Shown in pieces: positions 63,217 through 64,000 of a stretch of 64,000 bases of DNA. Source of the stretch: Gemmatimonadota bacterium (GTDB lineage: Bacteria; Gemmatimonadota; Gemmatimonadetes; Palauibacterales; KS3-K002); assembly GCA_039586755.1 (NCBI GenBank), contig JBDHJU010000007.1, forward strand, positions 27,876-91,875, given 5' to 3'. The position numbers and the translations under genes were made by a program. Within the stretch, counting starts at the first letter, position 1. Each line of letters starts with the position of its first letter. Under the pieces are notes generated by a model. The model was not told the DNA's origin, made no database searches, and saw only the letters and a program-made list of their open reading frames with translations.

Positions 63217-64000
63217 CTAACTCAGGTACGCGGCCAACCGACTCACCAGACGGTCGATGTCCTCTCGGGTGATGACCTCGGTCACGGCGTAGAGAGCACA
63301 TCCCTTCAGCGCCTCGAATTCGGCTCCCAGGTCGTGCCCTCCGAAGATGCCATCCGCCAAGAGCGCGCCGTTGATCTCCCGGACGCTTCTGCCTGTGGCC
63401 GAGAAGTCGACCACGAATTCTTTGAAGTGGAACGCCTTGAACCTGATCGCGACGCCGTCGAGCTCGGAGAGCCGCTTCATCGCGTACTGCGATTTCTGAA
63501 TGATGTTCTCGTTGAGCTCGCCGATGCCTGCGGGACCGAGAAGCGACAGATAGACGCCTGCCGTGATCCCGTGTAGTGCTGCGGCAGTGCCGACGAACTC
63601 CTTGCCCTTTTCTCGCACCGCGAAGGAGGTTCTTCCGTAGGACACATCGCCGAAGCCCCATTCTCCGGCTCGTTCTGTCTTGCTTATCCCGAACAGTCGC
63701 GAAGGGTACTCCATTACGTACTTTTCTTCATCGCGAGTCCCGATGAAGCCCCCCAGCGCACCGCCGAAGTGCATGTGGTTGCCGAGACTCTGGATATCAC
63801 CGCAGGCGATATCGGCGCCGTACTGGCTGGGGGGCGCCAGAACGCCCAGCGAAAGTGGGTCAACGCCCACGACGAAAACGCTGCCGTTCGCATGAAGCGC
63901 ACTGGCGATCGTGTGACCGTTCTCTTCCAGCGTGCCGAAGTACGAGGGATTCTCCAAGTACAGTCCGGCGACCGAATCGTCCAGCCGGTTGCTCAGGTCG
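63217..64000 (-). CDS. gcvPA: Glycine dehydrogenase (decarboxylating) subunit 1 (P-protein N-terminal subunit), 5' part beyond window
   Basis: C-terminal ~245 aa visible (…FGGHDLGAEFEALKGCALYAVTEVITREDIDRLVSRLAAYLS). Gene continues past position 64000. Confidence 0.85.
   Translation of the reverse strand, partial: DLSNRLDDSVAGLYLENPSYFGTLEENGHTIASALHANGSVFVVGVDPLSLGVLAPPSQYGADIACGDIQSLGNHMHFGGALGGFIGTRDEEKYVMEYPSRLFGISKTERAGEWGFGDVSYGRTSFAVREKGKEFVGTAAALHGITAGVYLSLLGPAGIGELNENIIQKSQYAMKRLSELDGVAIRFKAFHFKEFVVDFSATGRSVREINGALLADGIFGGHDLGAEFEALKGCALYAVTEVITREDIDRLVSRLAAYLS

Noticed and set aside
1-64000. Searched intergenic gaps for tRNA/tmRNA/rRNA, integrase/transposase/phage genes, toxin-antitoxin pairs and restriction-modification or other defence genes
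   Set aside because: No T-loop GTTCRANYC-type signatures in the few intergenic regions of 150 bp or more. No recombinase-like ORFs. The 230-aa methyltransferase at 47798 looks like a small-molecule MTase without a partner nuclease.

Overview
High-GC (~67-68%) bacterial chromosomal segment, densely packed with core housekeeping genes on both strands. The taxon is probably Gemmatimonadota/Acidobacteria-like: it has two ADOP-type permeases with a PadR regulator, an archaeal-type ProRS, an OPT transporter and a SelA gene. This guess is low-confidence inference. I call about 60 CDS. No rRNA, tRNA, CRISPR array, integrase or transposase was recognised by eye.

Gene order, + strand unless noted:
- 1-2.7 kb: pnp 3' end, M16 peptidase, ald.
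- 2.9-8.4 kb: mreB-mreC-mreD-mrdA-rodA.
- 8.5-16.3 kb: accD-folC, hisS, small membrane protein, proS, guaA, nif3.
- 16.5-18.9 kb (- strand): lipoprotein and OPT transporter.
- 19.1-24.9 kb: RDD protein, tandem hsp20 x2, clpB, lipoprotein.
- 24.9-26.8 kb: mce-like VOC (- strand) divergent from trxA, then rsmI.
- 26.8-33.9 kb: a tightly coupled four-gene operon of unknown function (DUF4159-like, 1125-aa double-TM coiled-coil protein, secreted TPR protein, secreted GATase1-like protein).
- 34.0-44.6 kb: dapL-like aminotransferase, membrane protein, valS-lipoprotein-selA-gmhB-purN-purH.
- 44.7-50.2 kb: padR with ADOP permease, methyltransferase, small di-CxxCH lipoprotein, DUF2059, GNAT.
- 50.2-53.7 kb: head-to-head paralogous serine hydrolases (one truncated), enolase-superfamily gene (- strand).
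- 53.8-58.9 kb: PQQ beta-propeller fused to a DUF4159-like domain, second ADOP permease, hypothetical.
- 58.9-64.0 kb (- strand): SDR-SDR, NAD-kinase-like, gcvPB-gcvPA.

Non-coding highlights:
- Several long, structured palindromic elements (2713-2830, 16350-16491, and a REP-like family at 9350-9428 and 13935-13990).
- A sigma54-type -24/-12 motif plus a palindrome upstream of clpB.
- Clean rho-independent terminators after pnp, trxA, purH and the first ADOP permease.
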